A stretch of 64,000 nt of DNA from an uncultured virus (IMG/VR IMGVR_UViG_3300035395_000183) (lineage: Duplodnaviria > Heunggongvirae > Uroviricota > Caudoviricetes). The DNA is taken from IMG/VR virus record IMGVR_UViG_3300035395_000183; one strand, 5' to 3'. Positions 29,701 to 42,266 of this stretch are shown here, in pieces. The position numbers were made by a program, and so were the translations under genes. Below the pieces are notes generated by a model. It saw only the letters and a list, made by a program, of their open reading frames with translations. It was not told the DNA's origin and made no database searches. Each line of letters opens with the position of its first letter. The stretch's first letter is position 1.

Positions 29701-31033
29701 TAAATAAGAATTGTAATCCTAAAGGTTTTATAGTATCTGTTCGATTGAACATATTATATGTGTTACAATCAATCTTGAATACTCCTTTAGCATTTTCCGG
29801 ATTTAATGGATCATCAGTTGTTTCAAAGATATAATCTTCTCCATAATTAATTGGAGCATTTAATGCAAATGAAGTAAACATAGTAGCAGTATCAAGAGAT
29901 TTAATACCTCTAATATTAAATACAGGAGATAAAGTATAATTATTAAGAATATAAACTACTCCAACTCTATATATTTCTTCATCTCAATATCCTAATTTAT
30001 AATAAATATTTTTAGCATTAAAATATTCATATCCATTATTTAAATAAGCTTCATTATATAAGTTATCAAGATTGCCAATTCCTTCTGTATCGTATACTAC
30101 TTTTGGAGTAATATGTAAACTATATTTTTCAAGAGTTTTAAATAGTTCATAATCATTTGTAACATTACCTGCAAAAGTAATATTTTGACAATTAGGTAAA
30201 GTTTTAACTGAATCAAAATTAGCATATTGAACATTAATATCATCTATTGATATTTCTTCGTGGTTTTCGTATCCTGTAATAGTTAAATCAATATCTCTAT
30301 TAGTTATTTTAAACTTATCATTGATTTTATAAGCTTTTACTATTTCTTGATCTCCATCACCTGTTGATCTTGTATAATAAACATTTACATAATCATAAGC
30401 TAAGTCTAAATTATTAATTTTAAATTTAATAAGTTTATAACTAATTTCATCTTGTTGTCCACCACGAATAGCTCTTGGAGTATTAATTGAACCTATATGA
30501 CAAACTACTTTTCCTGATTCAGCAATAAAATCTGATTCATTTCCATCAGAATCTGCTAATCTAAAATAGAATGTATAGTTTCCTATTTTCATAAGACCTC
30601 CATCTTTTATTCCTAAGAAGTCTATTGTAGAAATAGTTCTAATTGATTTTACTAATCCAGCTTCTATTTTAAAATTCTCTTCTGAATAAATATTAGTATC
30701 AAGATTACCTTTTCTATCTGCAACTGAATAAGTCATAGTATTAGTTTGGTAAAATCTTGAATTAACTATTTTAGGAGGATTTACTTGATCTGTTATAATC
30801 AAATTTATAGAATCATCATAAGATACTTCAGTTTCTATTGTAACTGGTTCAGTAATATTAATTCCTGCTTTTTGACTATTTATACTTAATGCAACTAATC
30901 CTGATGAATTATCTTCACTTGGATTAGGATTTTGTAAGTTTTGGAATGGATTATACTGATATACGAGATTCCCTTCAAGAGGGAATCCGTACATTGCATT
31001 ATCCAAATGTATTGTTATTAAGGGTAAAGGCAT
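26750..31033 (-). CDS. Tail stabilisation/muzzle protein, main part (~1427 aa)
   Basis: ORFs 29984, 29075, 28586 and 28070 in frame via TGA. Motifs FGSLWPES...IYGIDSVGKKIWR and C-terminal MRIRDKYIKIRVKYDG resemble crAss tail-stabilisation proteins. Confidence 0.8.
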
Positions 31034-31044
31034 CAGTATAATTA

Positions 31045-33288
31045 TTAAAGTGTATAAGTTTCTAAGAGTATTGCATCACCTATAAGTACTACAGAATCTG
31101 CTATATTAATATAAGTTGTTTGAACTGCAGCAGATGAAAACGTTACTAAATAAGTTGGATCTCCTAAAGTTGAATCATAACTAAATACAACATCACTTTC
31201 TCCTCCAACTATATTAACATTTTCTGTAGTTGGGGAAAATGTTACATTAGTTTGTTCATTTGTAAAATTAGTAAAACTAATATTTAAAGAACCTATTGGA
31301 ACATTTACAGTAAAGAAATCTTCATAATCTGTACCACCAGGTACTATAGGATTTCCAATCATATGTAAATCAATTACAAATCCATAAGTAATTTCTTCAT
31401 CAACTAAAGTATTACCTATATAATCATAAGCATCAATTATTCCATTCATAGACGAACTAGGACTAATAGTGTAATTTACTCCTGGAAGTATAGGGAATGT
31501 AAAGGTAGTAGGTCCTGTTGCAGTTCCTACTATTGAAGTAGCTCCTTGCATTACAGTAATTGGTATTGTTGCTCCATAAGTAGCATTAACATTTACAGTT
31601 AAAATTACAGTTGTACAAGTAACATCATAAACTTTAACAAGAGTTGCTTCTAATAAGCTAATAACATAATCTCGAATATTAGAGTTTAACATTATTGGAC
31701 CTTCAGAGGCTAATTCAGCCAAACCAGTTAATCCTATTGTATAACTTCCTAAATAATTTCCTCCTACATTAGGAGTAATATTATCATTATAAAATTGATA
31801 AACGTCAGTTCCTGCAGGATCTAAATTACTATCAAGATTTTCATCATTGTTATTAACTAAATCAAGATAATCAGCAATTCTATATCCTGTATTTCCTACT
31901 TCACATAAATTAGTAGCAGGTTGAGTAATAAATTTAACTCCTGCCATTTCACTTGTAATTAATTGACTTCCTACAATTGTATGTAAATCAAGAAATTGTT
32001 GTGGAATATCAACTTTATCAATTTCTACTCCATCAAAATAAAAATCAGGAATAATTTTATATCTCATAGTTTTTCCATTGTAAGTTCCAGGAATAGTATC
32101 ATCAAAACTTATTATAAATGATGTTACATCTTGATTAGTTAATACTGTTGTAGTTAAAACAACTTCTTGTGTATTAGGTTCACTGCCGTCAGAAGTATAA
32201 TAAATTGTACAAGTATTCGGAGAAATTCCTTGATTTCATTGTGCAGTTTCTGTATATGTTAAACCAAAATTAACTTCATAATTAGGATCGGTATAATCAA
32301 CTCTTATTGAAGATAATTTAAATACATCTAATTCTTCTAATTCAACAGACGTAACTAATTTACCTTTAAAATTATGAGGACAATGGTAATTAAAATTATT
32401 ATCATTAAATCAAAATCGTGGAGGTCCAGTCATGTTTAAATCTTCTGCATCATTTTGACCAACATATTTAGCATATTGTTCCCAAACATTGTCTGTTAAA
32501 TCTATATATCCATTTGTTAATTGATGATATAATTTAACTTTATAAATATTTTTATAACTTGCTGGATTCTTAGTAGCTACTTTATTTGTGACATCGTATG
32601 TAAACGCATCATAAGAAATATTATCAGTAACTAATGTACTTCCTATAACTTTATGAAAATTAACATAAACACCGGCTCTAAATATAGATCTATTTATTAT
32701 TTTAGGTTTGTATAATTCTAATTTAAATTCTTCTCCAGGAGTAGCAATTTCGTTTACTAAATCAAAATCTACTGAGGTATCAAATATATCAGCATTAATT
32801 ATTTCAGGACTTGGATAACTTCCAAATTCTACACTTCCATATTTATTAATAAAATCTTTTTCAATTCCTATATATAACCAATTTTCATCACTTATTGTAG
32901 AAGTTGGAAGATTATTTCCTCCTGCAGTTAAACATTCAAAATAATAATCAACATCTAAAATTGTATTATAAACAATATCTCCTACTGCATAAGGTACTTC
33001 TGTATCATATAAAGAGGTTGTATTAGTAGGGTGTTTTCCTGATATAATATACAATACTCCGCCATATTCTTTAATTCCTAAAGGATAAAATCCTTGTGTT
33101 AAATGTACATCAGTTTCTAAATATTTTATTGTAGTATTACCTGCATCTGTTTGTAAAGCTAGTTCATCTCCATTAAAAGTGATAAATCCACTATTTATAG
33201 CATCTGTAAGTATATTAGCCGGAGTTGTTAAAGGATTAAGGTCGTAATTAACCCCACCTTCAAAAGTATTAACTGCTTCTTGTCTCAT
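31045..33288 (-). CDS. Tail protein carrying the tail-stabilisation/muzzle-type N-terminus (~747 aa)
   Basis: ORFs 32410 and 31045 joined by TGA. N-terminus NTFEGGVNYDLNPLTTPANILTDAIN is typical of crAss stabilisation proteins. Confidence 0.7.
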
Positions 33289-34300
33289 ATTCTTTTATTA
33301 ATTGTTTTCATGTGATAGTAGAAGCAGTAAATTGTCTGTCTAAAGCCTCTCCAATATATTCTACATCTCTTAATTTAAGCTGCTCAGCTCAATAAGATCA
33401 TCCTTTAAAATCTTTTCTTTTAAATCTAAATACATATAAATGCTTTGCTTTATAATATATTTCTTCTTTAATTCTTCTTGGTATTATGTTGGTAAAATGT
33501 AAAATAGTTCTTGCTTTTTTATTAGCTTCTGCCCATCTTTCAAATGCAACATCATTTAATCCGATATAATAATAACCATCAAATGGTGGTCGTTTTCATC
33601 CTTCTATCTTTCGTAATTTTTTATCACGACGAATACTATACTCTTTAATCTGCTTATCAGGTTTTAAATATATTGCTCCAATATGAGCCACGCAGTTAAT
33701 TTTTTTTTTCGTTTGGATAGATATTGCACATCCATATTTTATTGCGCTGTGCATGCGTCTAAATCCGTGTAGCACTAATTTTTTGACTTCAATCTTGGAT
33801 AATTCTGAAAATTTTTCATGAATTTTTGGCAAAAAATCATTAATTGTTACATCTTTAATACTGTAATATTTGACTCCAGAATTAATCCCTGTTAAAAATT
33901 TTTGCTTTAATTCACCGCCCATATAGATTGGATAAGCCTTTTGATATGCCTTAGTCTTAAAATAATATCTTAGTGCATATCCTGTAAAATCTGATTCTAT
34001 AAAATCAATCTCTCCGAATCGTCCATTCTGTCTTTGTTCCTCAAACATATCTCCTGTAACAATTTCAAAATCAATGTAAGATTCTGAAACACAAGGAATT
34101 ACAAATCGAGTTCTATTGTCAAGAACATAATGTAATATTAATCCTATTGCATATTTAAAAGGATCGGAAATTGCATCTTCATAACTGTTAGTACTTCCAT
34201 ACCTAGTAATAAATCATCTTCATTTTCTATCAACTACCGACTTAGGAGTGTTCGTAAACAACTCCTCAGTCGTTAGTCCATGATTAAATAACATTCTCAT
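33269..34300 (-). CDS. Basic protein, possibly IHF/HU-like DNA-binding (~343 aa)
   Basis: Code-4 ORF from ATG 34300 through track ORF 33596 to TAA 33269. Lys/Arg-rich and at the position where crAss phages carry IHF-like genes. The function rests on synteny only. Confidence 0.5.
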
Positions 34301-34312
34301 GTATAATGTTTC

Positions 34313-35017
34313 TTAGCGAATTGGTTTAAATGATTTACCAAATCTTTTTCTATCTCAAGATACAGATACATTTAAGATTTCATCCATTTCATTTTGATTA
34401 ATATATTCAGGAACTCTTGCTTGTGTACATAAACTTTTTCATTTTTGTTCCATAACTTGAGACATTTGAAATGTATTAGCATCTCTAGTTAATCTAGCTG
34501 CTTTAAAATCACTTACATATGCACAGAAAGCTGCTATTGCATCTACTTCTTTTGCAGATAAGTAAGGTAATCCATCTTCATCAGCAACAAAACCTTTATA
34601 TAGTATATTAACTTTATTAAATTTGTCTGAAAGTTTTAATTGATTTCCTTCTTGTCTATATTTAATAAATTTACCACCTGAATACAATGTTCCTGTATTA
34701 TATTTTCTTGATTCAATATAACCTTCAATCCATCCATTTTGTGTATGTCCGGCTAAATGTTGATTAGAAGTTTTTTGATAATCTTCATAATCTGCAGTAA
34801 CTGCCTCAATAATATCTACATTACAAGGAAGGTCAACATACCATTCATTTAAATCATTTTGGGTAGGTTCTACTTGATATTTATATAATTTATATTGTTT
34901 GTTTCCAATTTTATCTCATGCTATTACTCCTAATGTTTCAAATTCATCAGGATTAAGCTCCAAGCCATATAATTCACGGGCTTGTGTGTATGCAGTGTGA
35001 AAAGAGTATTGTGCCAT
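34313..35017 (-). CDS. Tail ring/tubular protein (~234 aa)
   Basis: MAQYSFHTAY...AWDKIGNK...DEDGLPYL...SWDRKRFGKSFKP. TAATG overlap at 35017. Typical crAss ring-gene position. Confidence 0.7.
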
Positions 35018-35685
35018 TATCGTGGAGCTTGAGTATTAGGTTGAGGTGGTTGTAAAAGTTGTCTGTAATATCTAATTTTCTTCTCTGTAAGTCTTTTCTT
35101 GATTTCAGCAGATAAAAATGAATAATTATCTATTTCATCTCCAGCACAACAATCATATTGTAATAATTGTCTTGGATCTTTAAAAATAGCAATTACGGAT
35201 ATTTTTTTAAGTAATGGTGCATTATAAATTCATGCATCATACATATTATTTTCATTCGGAGTAGGCTCAATATAAACAAATGGTTTCTCACTCCCTCTTC
35301 TTAAATATTTATGATACTGTCATGCTGTATTTGTATATACTTTAAATTGCACATTTCGATCAATACTTCCACAAAATTCTACAGATTCTTGAGCTAAATC
35401 ATTTACAATTTGAGGAAGTTCAAAATGAGCTATTGGAGGAGAATAAATTATACCACTACAAGGACATTTATCTAATGATTTACAATCAACATCAATACAA
35501 TGTATTCCCATTAATAAATCATTTCTAGGTACTAAATTCTTCATAGAGTATTCTTTTATAATCTGAAGTCTTTCATCCAGGACATCATCTATAAGTTGCT
35601 CTATTGATATAGTGGGAGTACTTGTAAATCCAACTAATCCGCTAACTATATCATTATATATTGCTGAGGCTAATTTTTCTATCAT
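35017..35685 (-). CDS. Tail ring/adaptor protein (~222 aa)
   Basis: Track ORF 35320 extended through two TGA (…DAWIYNAP…AIFKDPR…QPNTQAPR) to TAA. Confidence 0.7.
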
Positions 35686-35696
35686 ATAGGTAAAAT

Positions 35697-35730
35697 AAAA
35701 AAGGGGAAGGCAGTGAATGCCGCCCCCTTT
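35697..35730 (-). terminator. Rho-independent terminator
   Basis: aaagggg-aa-ggca...tgcc-gc-ccccttt stem, with an A-run on + (U-tail on -), after the 35750 gene. Confidence 0.7.
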
Positions 35731-35749
35731 AGGTTTTGATTAATTTAAA

Positions 35750-36919
35750 TTAAGCTGTCATTACAACAGTAGTATCTTTTACTAATCCGTCAACACTTAC
35801 TGTTAAACCAATTGTATCAGTTGCTACAATACCGTGACCAGAGGCAAAAGTTAATATTCCACCAGGTGTAATTGTTACTTTTGTAAAATCAGCTCCACTT
35901 CCACTTGCATCAACATTACCTGCAGAACGTAGTGCATAAACCACATTCGTTAGACCACTCGGAGTAGTCGTAGCTACTAATTGTACTCCATTTGCGCCAG
36001 CTGCTGTAGTTACTGAAGCAGTTGCAATAGTTACATTGGTTGCTACTAAAGCAACTGTGTCAACTGCAATACTTGCAGCTGTTATAGCAGCTTCAAATCC
36101 TGAAACTAAGTCAGATTTAACATAGAATACATGAGTAGTAACAGATGTTCCACCTGAAACAATACCATCAGTTCCATCTTTAGTTACATTGTAACGAAGG
36201 ACATACTCTGAATAATTTCCACCAAGAATAGGTCTTTCTTCTTTAGAAATACCAAATGGTCTAGCGTTATCAAGAGTTTGAAGCATAACACTTCTTTGCA
36301 TCCAAGCATCGTCTCCGAATCCAACTTTACCAGCAGTTGTTACACTGAAAGTAGTTGAAGATACATTTTCATATTCAGGTTGAATAAGACTGTTAGGTGA
36401 AGCAACTTCTTTAGAGATAACCATTGATTGAACTCTTTGGAAATTATCTTTACAAGTAATAACAACGTCTGCTCCACTAGCTGCGGCAGTTATATAACTT
36501 TGTCCAAATCTATTTTTCAGAGAATTTAATTGAGCAACTAAAGCAGTTGCATCAGTTGCTGCAGTATTAGTTGCAATAACTTCTACTGAAATTGGTTTCA
36601 AAAAATCTAACGTATAGTTAGTATATTCTGATTGGGTTGATTGAGAAAGTTTCAATACGATATCTAATCTTGCTACTAATCCAGCTGCAATTTGTGGAAT
36701 GGTAACTTGTGCTACTTCTTTAACGCCAGCAGCATATGGACGTTTGTAAATACTTACAATGTTGGCTTTTTTGAAATTTCCAACTTTTCTTACATCTAAA
36801 CCGGCTGTAGATCCTACATATTTTGCAATTGCTGAACCTGCACTATCTAACATTTGATTTCCATCGTAATCTAGGACATACGCCGAATTAATAACATTTG
36901 TTGTCGTGAATTGATACAT
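35750..36919 (-). CDS. Abundant structural protein, probable auxiliary capsid protein with C-terminal Ig-like region (389 aa)
   Basis: Intact ORF, Ala/Thr/Val-rich, located in the capsid module and followed by a terminator. Confidence 0.65.
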   Translation of the reverse strand: MYQFTTTNVINSAYVLDYDGNQMLDSAGSAIAKYVGSTAGLDVRKVGNFKKANIVSIYKRPYAAGVKEVAQVTIPQIAAGLVARLDIVLKLSQSTQSEYTNYTLDFLKPISVEVIATNTAATDATALVAQLNSLKNRFGQSYITAAASGADVVITCKDNFQRVQSMVISKEVASPNSLIQPEYENVSSTTFSVTTAGKVGFGDDAWMQRSVMLQTLDNARPFGISKEERPILGGNYSEYVLRYNVTKDGTDGIVSGGTSVTTHVFYVKSDLVSGFEAAITAASIAVDTVALVATNVTIATASVTTAAGANGVQLVATTTPSGLTNVVYALRSAGNVDASGSGADFTKVTITPGGILTFASGHGIVATDTIGLTVSVDGLVKDTTVVMTA

Positions 36920-36949
36920 GTTATAATAAATTTATTTTTTTATAAAGGG

Positions 36950-38080
36950 TTATCTAGTTTGTTGTTGCAATCCAATGGACTGATTAACTGGAATATTTGT
37001 TTGTAATCTTGGGTCACTTCCGTTTTCCATTAAGTATTTTACTAATTCATTAACTATTTCTTGACAAATATAATCAGGAAATTCTAATAATTGTGATATA
37101 TCTTCTACTGAATCTAATTCTTCTTGAGTTAAAATAATATATTGTGGCGCCTTAAAATAATCTATATATACTTTTGATAAAGTAAAATATCTATCATCTG
37201 TCCCATATCTTATTTCCATTCGAGGTTTAGTAATATTTCCATATCTATATTTGGGTACTTTAGTTATTAAAGTAGACATATCTTGTGTTGAAGTAGAGGT
37301 TACAGTTACGAAACTTCCTGTTTCTGTAATTGAACTTACTCCTTCTACATAAGCATTAGTTGTAGCTAAATAACTATAACTAGTTTCATCATTTGTTATA
37401 ATTTCAGTAGAAATACCTAAATGAGTTAATCCTGCTCTAAGTGTTGTTAAATCCTTAAATTCCGATCAAATTGATGGAACCGCAGCATAAGTAAAAGTAG
37501 TTGTTATTCCATTTTTAATAACAATTAAAGTTGAGCTGCCCGGAGTTCCAAATAAGATTGAAAATGTTGGATATTCAGGAATTACAGAAGTTCATTCTTC
37601 AGTAATCGGATAGGAATTATCAGTATTTACATTATTAATATAGAAATATGGATTTTTATATGAGGGTCTCATATAATAATTTGTAATTAAATGGGGAAAC
37701 ATATCAGCTGTTAACCTTTTTGTTCCATAATTTAACTTACTTCCTACATTATAACATTTATATTTTGCTTTAAGTGTATATTCTACAATACAATTGCGTA
37801 TATGTACATAATCGTCTGGTAAATTTACTTCATATACATTTCCATATAGATTAGAAGTTCCAAAATCAGTAGTTAATATTGGCGTTAAGACAGCTGTCGA
37901 TTTTAGAACCCTAAGATCATCTGATTTTTGTTGGTTAGTATCATATAAATTATATAATTTATTAAAATATTGTCCAACTGTTTTGTTTCCAAAATAAATA
38001 AAATCTTCTAAAAGTAGACTAGGAGCCTTAACCTTATTTAATTCTATTAATAAGTATTCATACAACTGTCTTGATGTCAT
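36950..38080 (-). CDS. Head-tail ring/adaptor protein (~376 aa)
   Basis: ORFs 37592 and 36950 joined by TGA. Motifs ELNKVKAPSLLLEDF, LPDDY, IDYFKAP, EFPDYICQEIVN. Confidence 0.72.
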
Positions 38081-38086
38081 GTGTTA

Positions 38087-38980
38087 TTATTTTTTAGTTG
38101 CTTTAGTTTTAGGTTCAACTACAGTGGGTTCATCGTAATGAGGAATACCTGTTGTAATATCTGCTTCTATTTCAGCAATTTCAGTTTTTGTTAATAAATT
38201 AGGATATGTTTCTCTTTTTATAGAGTCAACTAATTTTTTAAAACGAATATCTCGTAAAAATGTAATGGTAGCTTCAATCGAACCTCCAAGCATTTTATCA
38301 TCATATTTATAGATACCTTCTGATTTACGGATTACTCCTCTATCAACAGCGTCTAATATGAATAAATGCATTTTCCAATCTTCTCCTTCGTATAGGTCAA
38401 TAATTTTCTTTGGGGTTTTTTCTGCAATCTCGACTAGGTAATCAAGAATGTCAGCAGGAATAGCTGTATTTAGGTTTCGACCTAATACTCTACATTTTTT
38501 AATTCTTTCAGATTCAGAATCTTCATAGATATATGATAAAGCACGATAAACATATTGTTTCTTATCAACTCTTGCTTTGGTGACCTCTCCAGGACGTTCT
38601 ACATAAAGATCGGCAACACCATAACGTTTTGCTCCACCATCTATAATAAGTTCTCCTTGTTCATTGCGTTGATAACGATCTTTGGCTATCCAATTACAAT
38701 GTTCAATAGCTTCTCAATTAGCTTTATCTACAACATCATTTAAATCAAATGTTGTACCATCTACAATTTCAAATACTTTGTTAGCAGGTACAAAATGTAC
38801 CACTCCAGTATTCATTCTTTTTATTTCATCTTCTGAAAGTATCATATCGTCATGTGAATCAACTGTTTTAACACATGATGGCAATTTTCCTGTTTTTGGA
38901 TTTGGACAAGGTTGGATAAAATAGATTTGATTTACTTTTCCATATACACTTCTAAGAATTATTTCATTACTCATATTCAT
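38087..38980 (-). CDS. Conserved crAss-type protein downstream of MCP (~297 aa)
   Basis: ORFs 38714 and 38087 in frame via one TGA (DKANWEAI). Position immediately after MCP. Confidence 0.72.
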
Positions 38981-39024
38981 TATTTTTTATATTTTTGTTA
39001 TATTATCTCTTTAGTAAAATATCT

Positions 39025-39055
39025 AAAAGAAAAGGAAGAGTATTTCATCTTCCTT
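39025..39055 (-). terminator. Rho-independent terminator after MCP
   Basis: aaggaaga-gtatttca-tcttcctt hairpin, with U-rich tail on the minus strand. Confidence 0.7.
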
Positions 39056-39076
39056 ATCTTTGAGACGTTGTTGAGA

Positions 39077-40507
39077 TTATATCTCTTCAACGATAAATGA
39101 TTTATACGGAGCAAATGCAGCGATTCCACTGTAACCTGCAACGATTAATTTTGATCCAGCTACAGGTGAGCTAACGATACCGCTAGTAACACCATCTACA
39201 CCACCAACACCAGGATATTTGCTAGTTACGAATTCAGCACCTTGAAGTGTGAATGCAGCAATAGCAGGCTGATTAGTTGACATATCAGGAGTCATGTCTA
39301 AACAAATACCATAACCTTTGTTTCCATACTCTTTTGATAAAGCACGGTCTACCATGAAAGATACTGTGTTACCAGAAATTTCATAACTAACAAAAGTTCC
39401 ACCAACTTTCATTGGATTGTCAGCTTTAACTAAACTTTGTGAAGCTTTTGAATAAAGCATTGTTGGAGTTGAACCCCATAATTTTAACCAGTCACCAAGA
39501 GTGGTATTAATTTGGCTCCATAGTCTATCATTAACAACAAATGTGTAATGATTACCAGTTGCATTGATTGCTTTTTGATTCATTTGCTCCATTACAGTGT
39601 TAATCAAGTTAACATTTAATTTAGCATATTTAAATTTAGAAGCAAATCTTTCAATTTGTGGGATAAGACCATCACCAGCTACTAATGGACGACCATCTTC
39701 TGTAAGAACAGTTGATTTTCCGTTAACATCCATAGTGGTTTTTTGCCATAGAAGAGCATTGTTTTTAACAGTTTGGAAAGCATCTAAAAGATCTTTTTCC
39801 ATTTTGTTTAATTTGAAGATTTTTTCTTTTAATTCACCAGTGCCTTCGCCTTGTGCGATTTTAATGAATTGATCTTCCATTTGAGCATAACGTGCAGAAT
39901 AGCTGATGTCATTTCTGTGTTCAGTAATCCATTGACGATGTTTCTCAATGTTTGATTGATATTTGGTGAATCCTTCTTCGTGGTATTCTGGCATAATGTT
40001 AGCTAAGAAACGAGTTGTCATTCCTAACTGACATGCTGAAGAATCTAATACTGAAGAATAATCAGCATCAATTAATTGAACTGTATATTCCCAAAAATTA
40101 TCTGCTTTTCTTTGTGGTGTTGTTTTTACAATTAATTGCTGACGCGAAGCATCAATTTTAATTGTATCGTATTTTTCATAATATCTTTCTTTGAAATATA
40201 CAATAATATCTGAACCGATTGCTCCAGTTCCTACTGGTGCTGCGGCAAATTCTACTTTTTTAACGAACTCAACGTCAATTTCTCATTCAATCATTAAAGA
40301 ATTGATAGGTTGAAATTTGTTGGCTGTTTTAGAATTGTAATAGATGTTCATTAAAGCTTCTGTTAAGAAGGTGGCAGTGTTCTGAGTGTTCATTCTTGCC
40401 ATAACTCCCATCATTTTTGGTCTTGTTCCCAAAAATTTATAGAAATCTTCATATGTTCTACTGTGTGCCATTTCTGGCTTTACGTTGACGTAACTTGCTA
40501 CTATCAT
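39077..40507 (-). CDS. Major capsid protein (476 aa)
   Basis: ORFs 40283 and 39077 joined by a single TGA (SLMIEWEID). Motifs FKERYY, PEYHEEG, GDGLIPQIE are typical of crAss MCP. Confidence 0.88.
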
Positions 40508-40525
40508 TGTTAGTTGTTTATTTGA

Positions 40526-41494
40526 CTATTGTAAGTCGTAAATACTATTTGATTTAGGTTTGGAGTTTTGCACAACTACACGTGGCTTATCTATTTTTTT
40601 TAATTTCGCTATCTCTGCCTCATAGGCGTTTTCCAAAGCTTTAAAAGCTTCTGCTCCATAACGTAAGTACCAAGCGGCTTCATAAAGTTTTTGAGGATTA
40701 TTCAAATCTTTCGAAAATTGGCTAACTCCAGTAGCATCTAAATCTAATAAGTAAGATAATGTTTCTGTTTTTTCATTACCATCTAAAAATACCCCATGAA
40801 AATCTTCAATTTTTTCTGCAACGCCACTCATAGTATTTACAAAATTTGTATATTCTTCTTGGCGTTTATTTTCAAATTCAGCTTGTTGACTGGCTTTGTA
40901 TTGATCTTCTAATTGTTTATATTCAGAACGTAATTTTGTTACTTTCTTATTAAACAATTCCTGGTTTTCTAGTTCTTTTTCTAATTCTTTCTGTAGTTCC
41001 TCATCTGTCAAATCATATTTTTGTTTTAAATCTAAAATATACAATTCTTCATCTCCGTATGCGTCAATATCATAAGATGGTTCTACTTGTTGCTGAACTT
41101 CAGCTAAAATTGCCTCTTTATATTGAGTTAAAAAATCTTCAACACTTAAGTTATTTGTTCTCAAATGATTTATTAAATCAATTTCGGTATCTTCCAAATC
41201 ATTTGACTCTGGAGTTTCCACTGAATTTAATATTTCTAATTGTTCTTCTCTACTTAAATCATAAAAATTAAGTTCTTTTGCTTCTTCGTTTTCATCTAGT
41301 ATTGTTATTTTTGCATCTTTAATACCTTTAGCTTCTAAAAAAGTATCTAAAAGAGATAATTCTTTTTTATTGTCATTACTAGGTTCATCAAAAAAAGAAT
41401 CTGGTGATTCAGTTTGATCAAGAGGTCTTGTATCCTCAAATACAGGAGTCTCCAATACTACTTCATTATCGAAAATGTCTTCTAATTCGTCCAT
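40526..41494 (-). CDS. Acidic coiled-coil protein, probable capsid scaffolding protein (322 aa)
   Basis: Intact, very Glu/Asp-rich helical ORF directly upstream of MCP. Confidence 0.65.
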   Translation of the reverse strand: MDELEDIFDNEVVLETPVFEDTRPLDQTESPDSFFDEPSNDNKKELSLLDTFLEAKGIKDAKITILDENEEAKELNFYDLSREEQLEILNSVETPESNDLEDTEIDLINHLRTNNLSVEDFLTQYKEAILAEVQQQVEPSYDIDAYGDEELYILDLKQKYDLTDEELQKELEKELENQELFNKKVTKLRSEYKQLEDQYKASQQAEFENKRQEEYTNFVNTMSGVAEKIEDFHGVFLDGNEKTETLSYLLDLDATGVSQFSKDLNNPQKLYEAAWYLRYGAEAFKALENAYEAEIAKLKKIDKPRVVVQNSKPKSNSIYDLQ

Positions 41495-41544
41495 TTACAT
41501 AATCATTTACATTGTTTATTTATTTACTATCTATTAATATCATA

Positions 41545-41552
41545 CAAAAGTA
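41545..41552 (-). promoter_or_regulatory. Bacteroidota-type -7 promoter box (TACTTTTG) for the capsid operon
   Basis: Matches TAnnTTTG about 50 nt upstream of the 41494 start, in an AT-rich intergenic gap. Confidence 0.65.
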
Positions 41553-41648
41553 GAAAATATTTCTGATATAAAAATTACACATTACTCTTTTTATTAAGTT
41601 TAATAATTTAAAATATTCTAATCTTTCTATTAGAAATATTTTCTACTT
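41548..41648. repeat. Perfect 17-bp inverted repeat with 67-nt spacer
   Basis: aagtagaaaatatttct (41548-41564) and agaaatattttctactt (41632-41648). Confidence 0.85.
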
Positions 41649-41657
41649 ATATATTAA

Positions 41658-42041
41658 TTATACGATTTCTATTGTAATATGATCATCTAATTTTAACATT
41701 GAAAATAATTTATCAAAGGTAATTTTACTATTAATAACTCTTCCTTTTTCTTTATTTTCTCCTACTAAAATACAACCACTTGTATCATCTTTGTCGTTCC
41801 CCGGATGAATTAATATTCCATCAAATCCAGGAACATTTAGTAATCTTGGCAATATTCGTTTAAATCTTGTAGATAAATTTAAAATTACATCATAAGTACC
41901 TGCAGGAATCGCAGTTTCATGTTTGATTTTAACTTCTCTAACTTTATCTTCTAGAGTATCACAAACATAAACTCCATCTACATATAGTTTTCCTATTGTA
42001 TATGTTTCTCCTTTAAAGATTCGTTTAAGTAATAATTTCAT
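41658..42041 (-). CDS. DUF5675-family protein, putative endolysin (127 aa)
   Basis: TIGKLY...CDTLED...AIPAGTY...ILIHPGN...DTSGCILVG signature, next to a holin-like gene. Confidence 0.8.
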   Translation of the reverse strand: MKLLLKRIFKGETYTIGKLYVDGVYVCDTLEDKVREVKIKHETAIPAGTYDVILNLSTRFKRILPRLLNVPGFDGILIHPGNDKDDTSGCILVGENKEKGRVINSKITFDKLFSMLKLDDHITIEIV

Positions 42042-42265
42042 TATTTTTCTATTTGTGATTTAATAATTTCATTTTTATCTGCACTACCTTTACTACTTCC
42101 ATAGAAATAACCATAAACAGCAGAAAAAGCTGCTATTAATGCTCCAACCATTAAGGAAATCGTATTACTATCTCCTTTTTGAATTATTAAAATTGCTAAT
42201 GTAGTAAAATACGCGAGAGTTATAAGTGCTCCCAACACATACATATATATTTCTTTTACTTTCAT
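42041..42265 (-). CDS. Putative holin (two TM helices)
   Basis: Two hydrophobic helices followed by YGYFYGSSKGSADK. TAATG overlap with DUF5675. Confidence 0.7.
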   Translation of the reverse strand: MKVKEIYMYVLGALITLAYFTTLAILIIQKGDSNTISLMVGALIAAFSAVYGYFYGSSKGSADKNEIIKSQIEK

Positions 42266-42266
42266 A

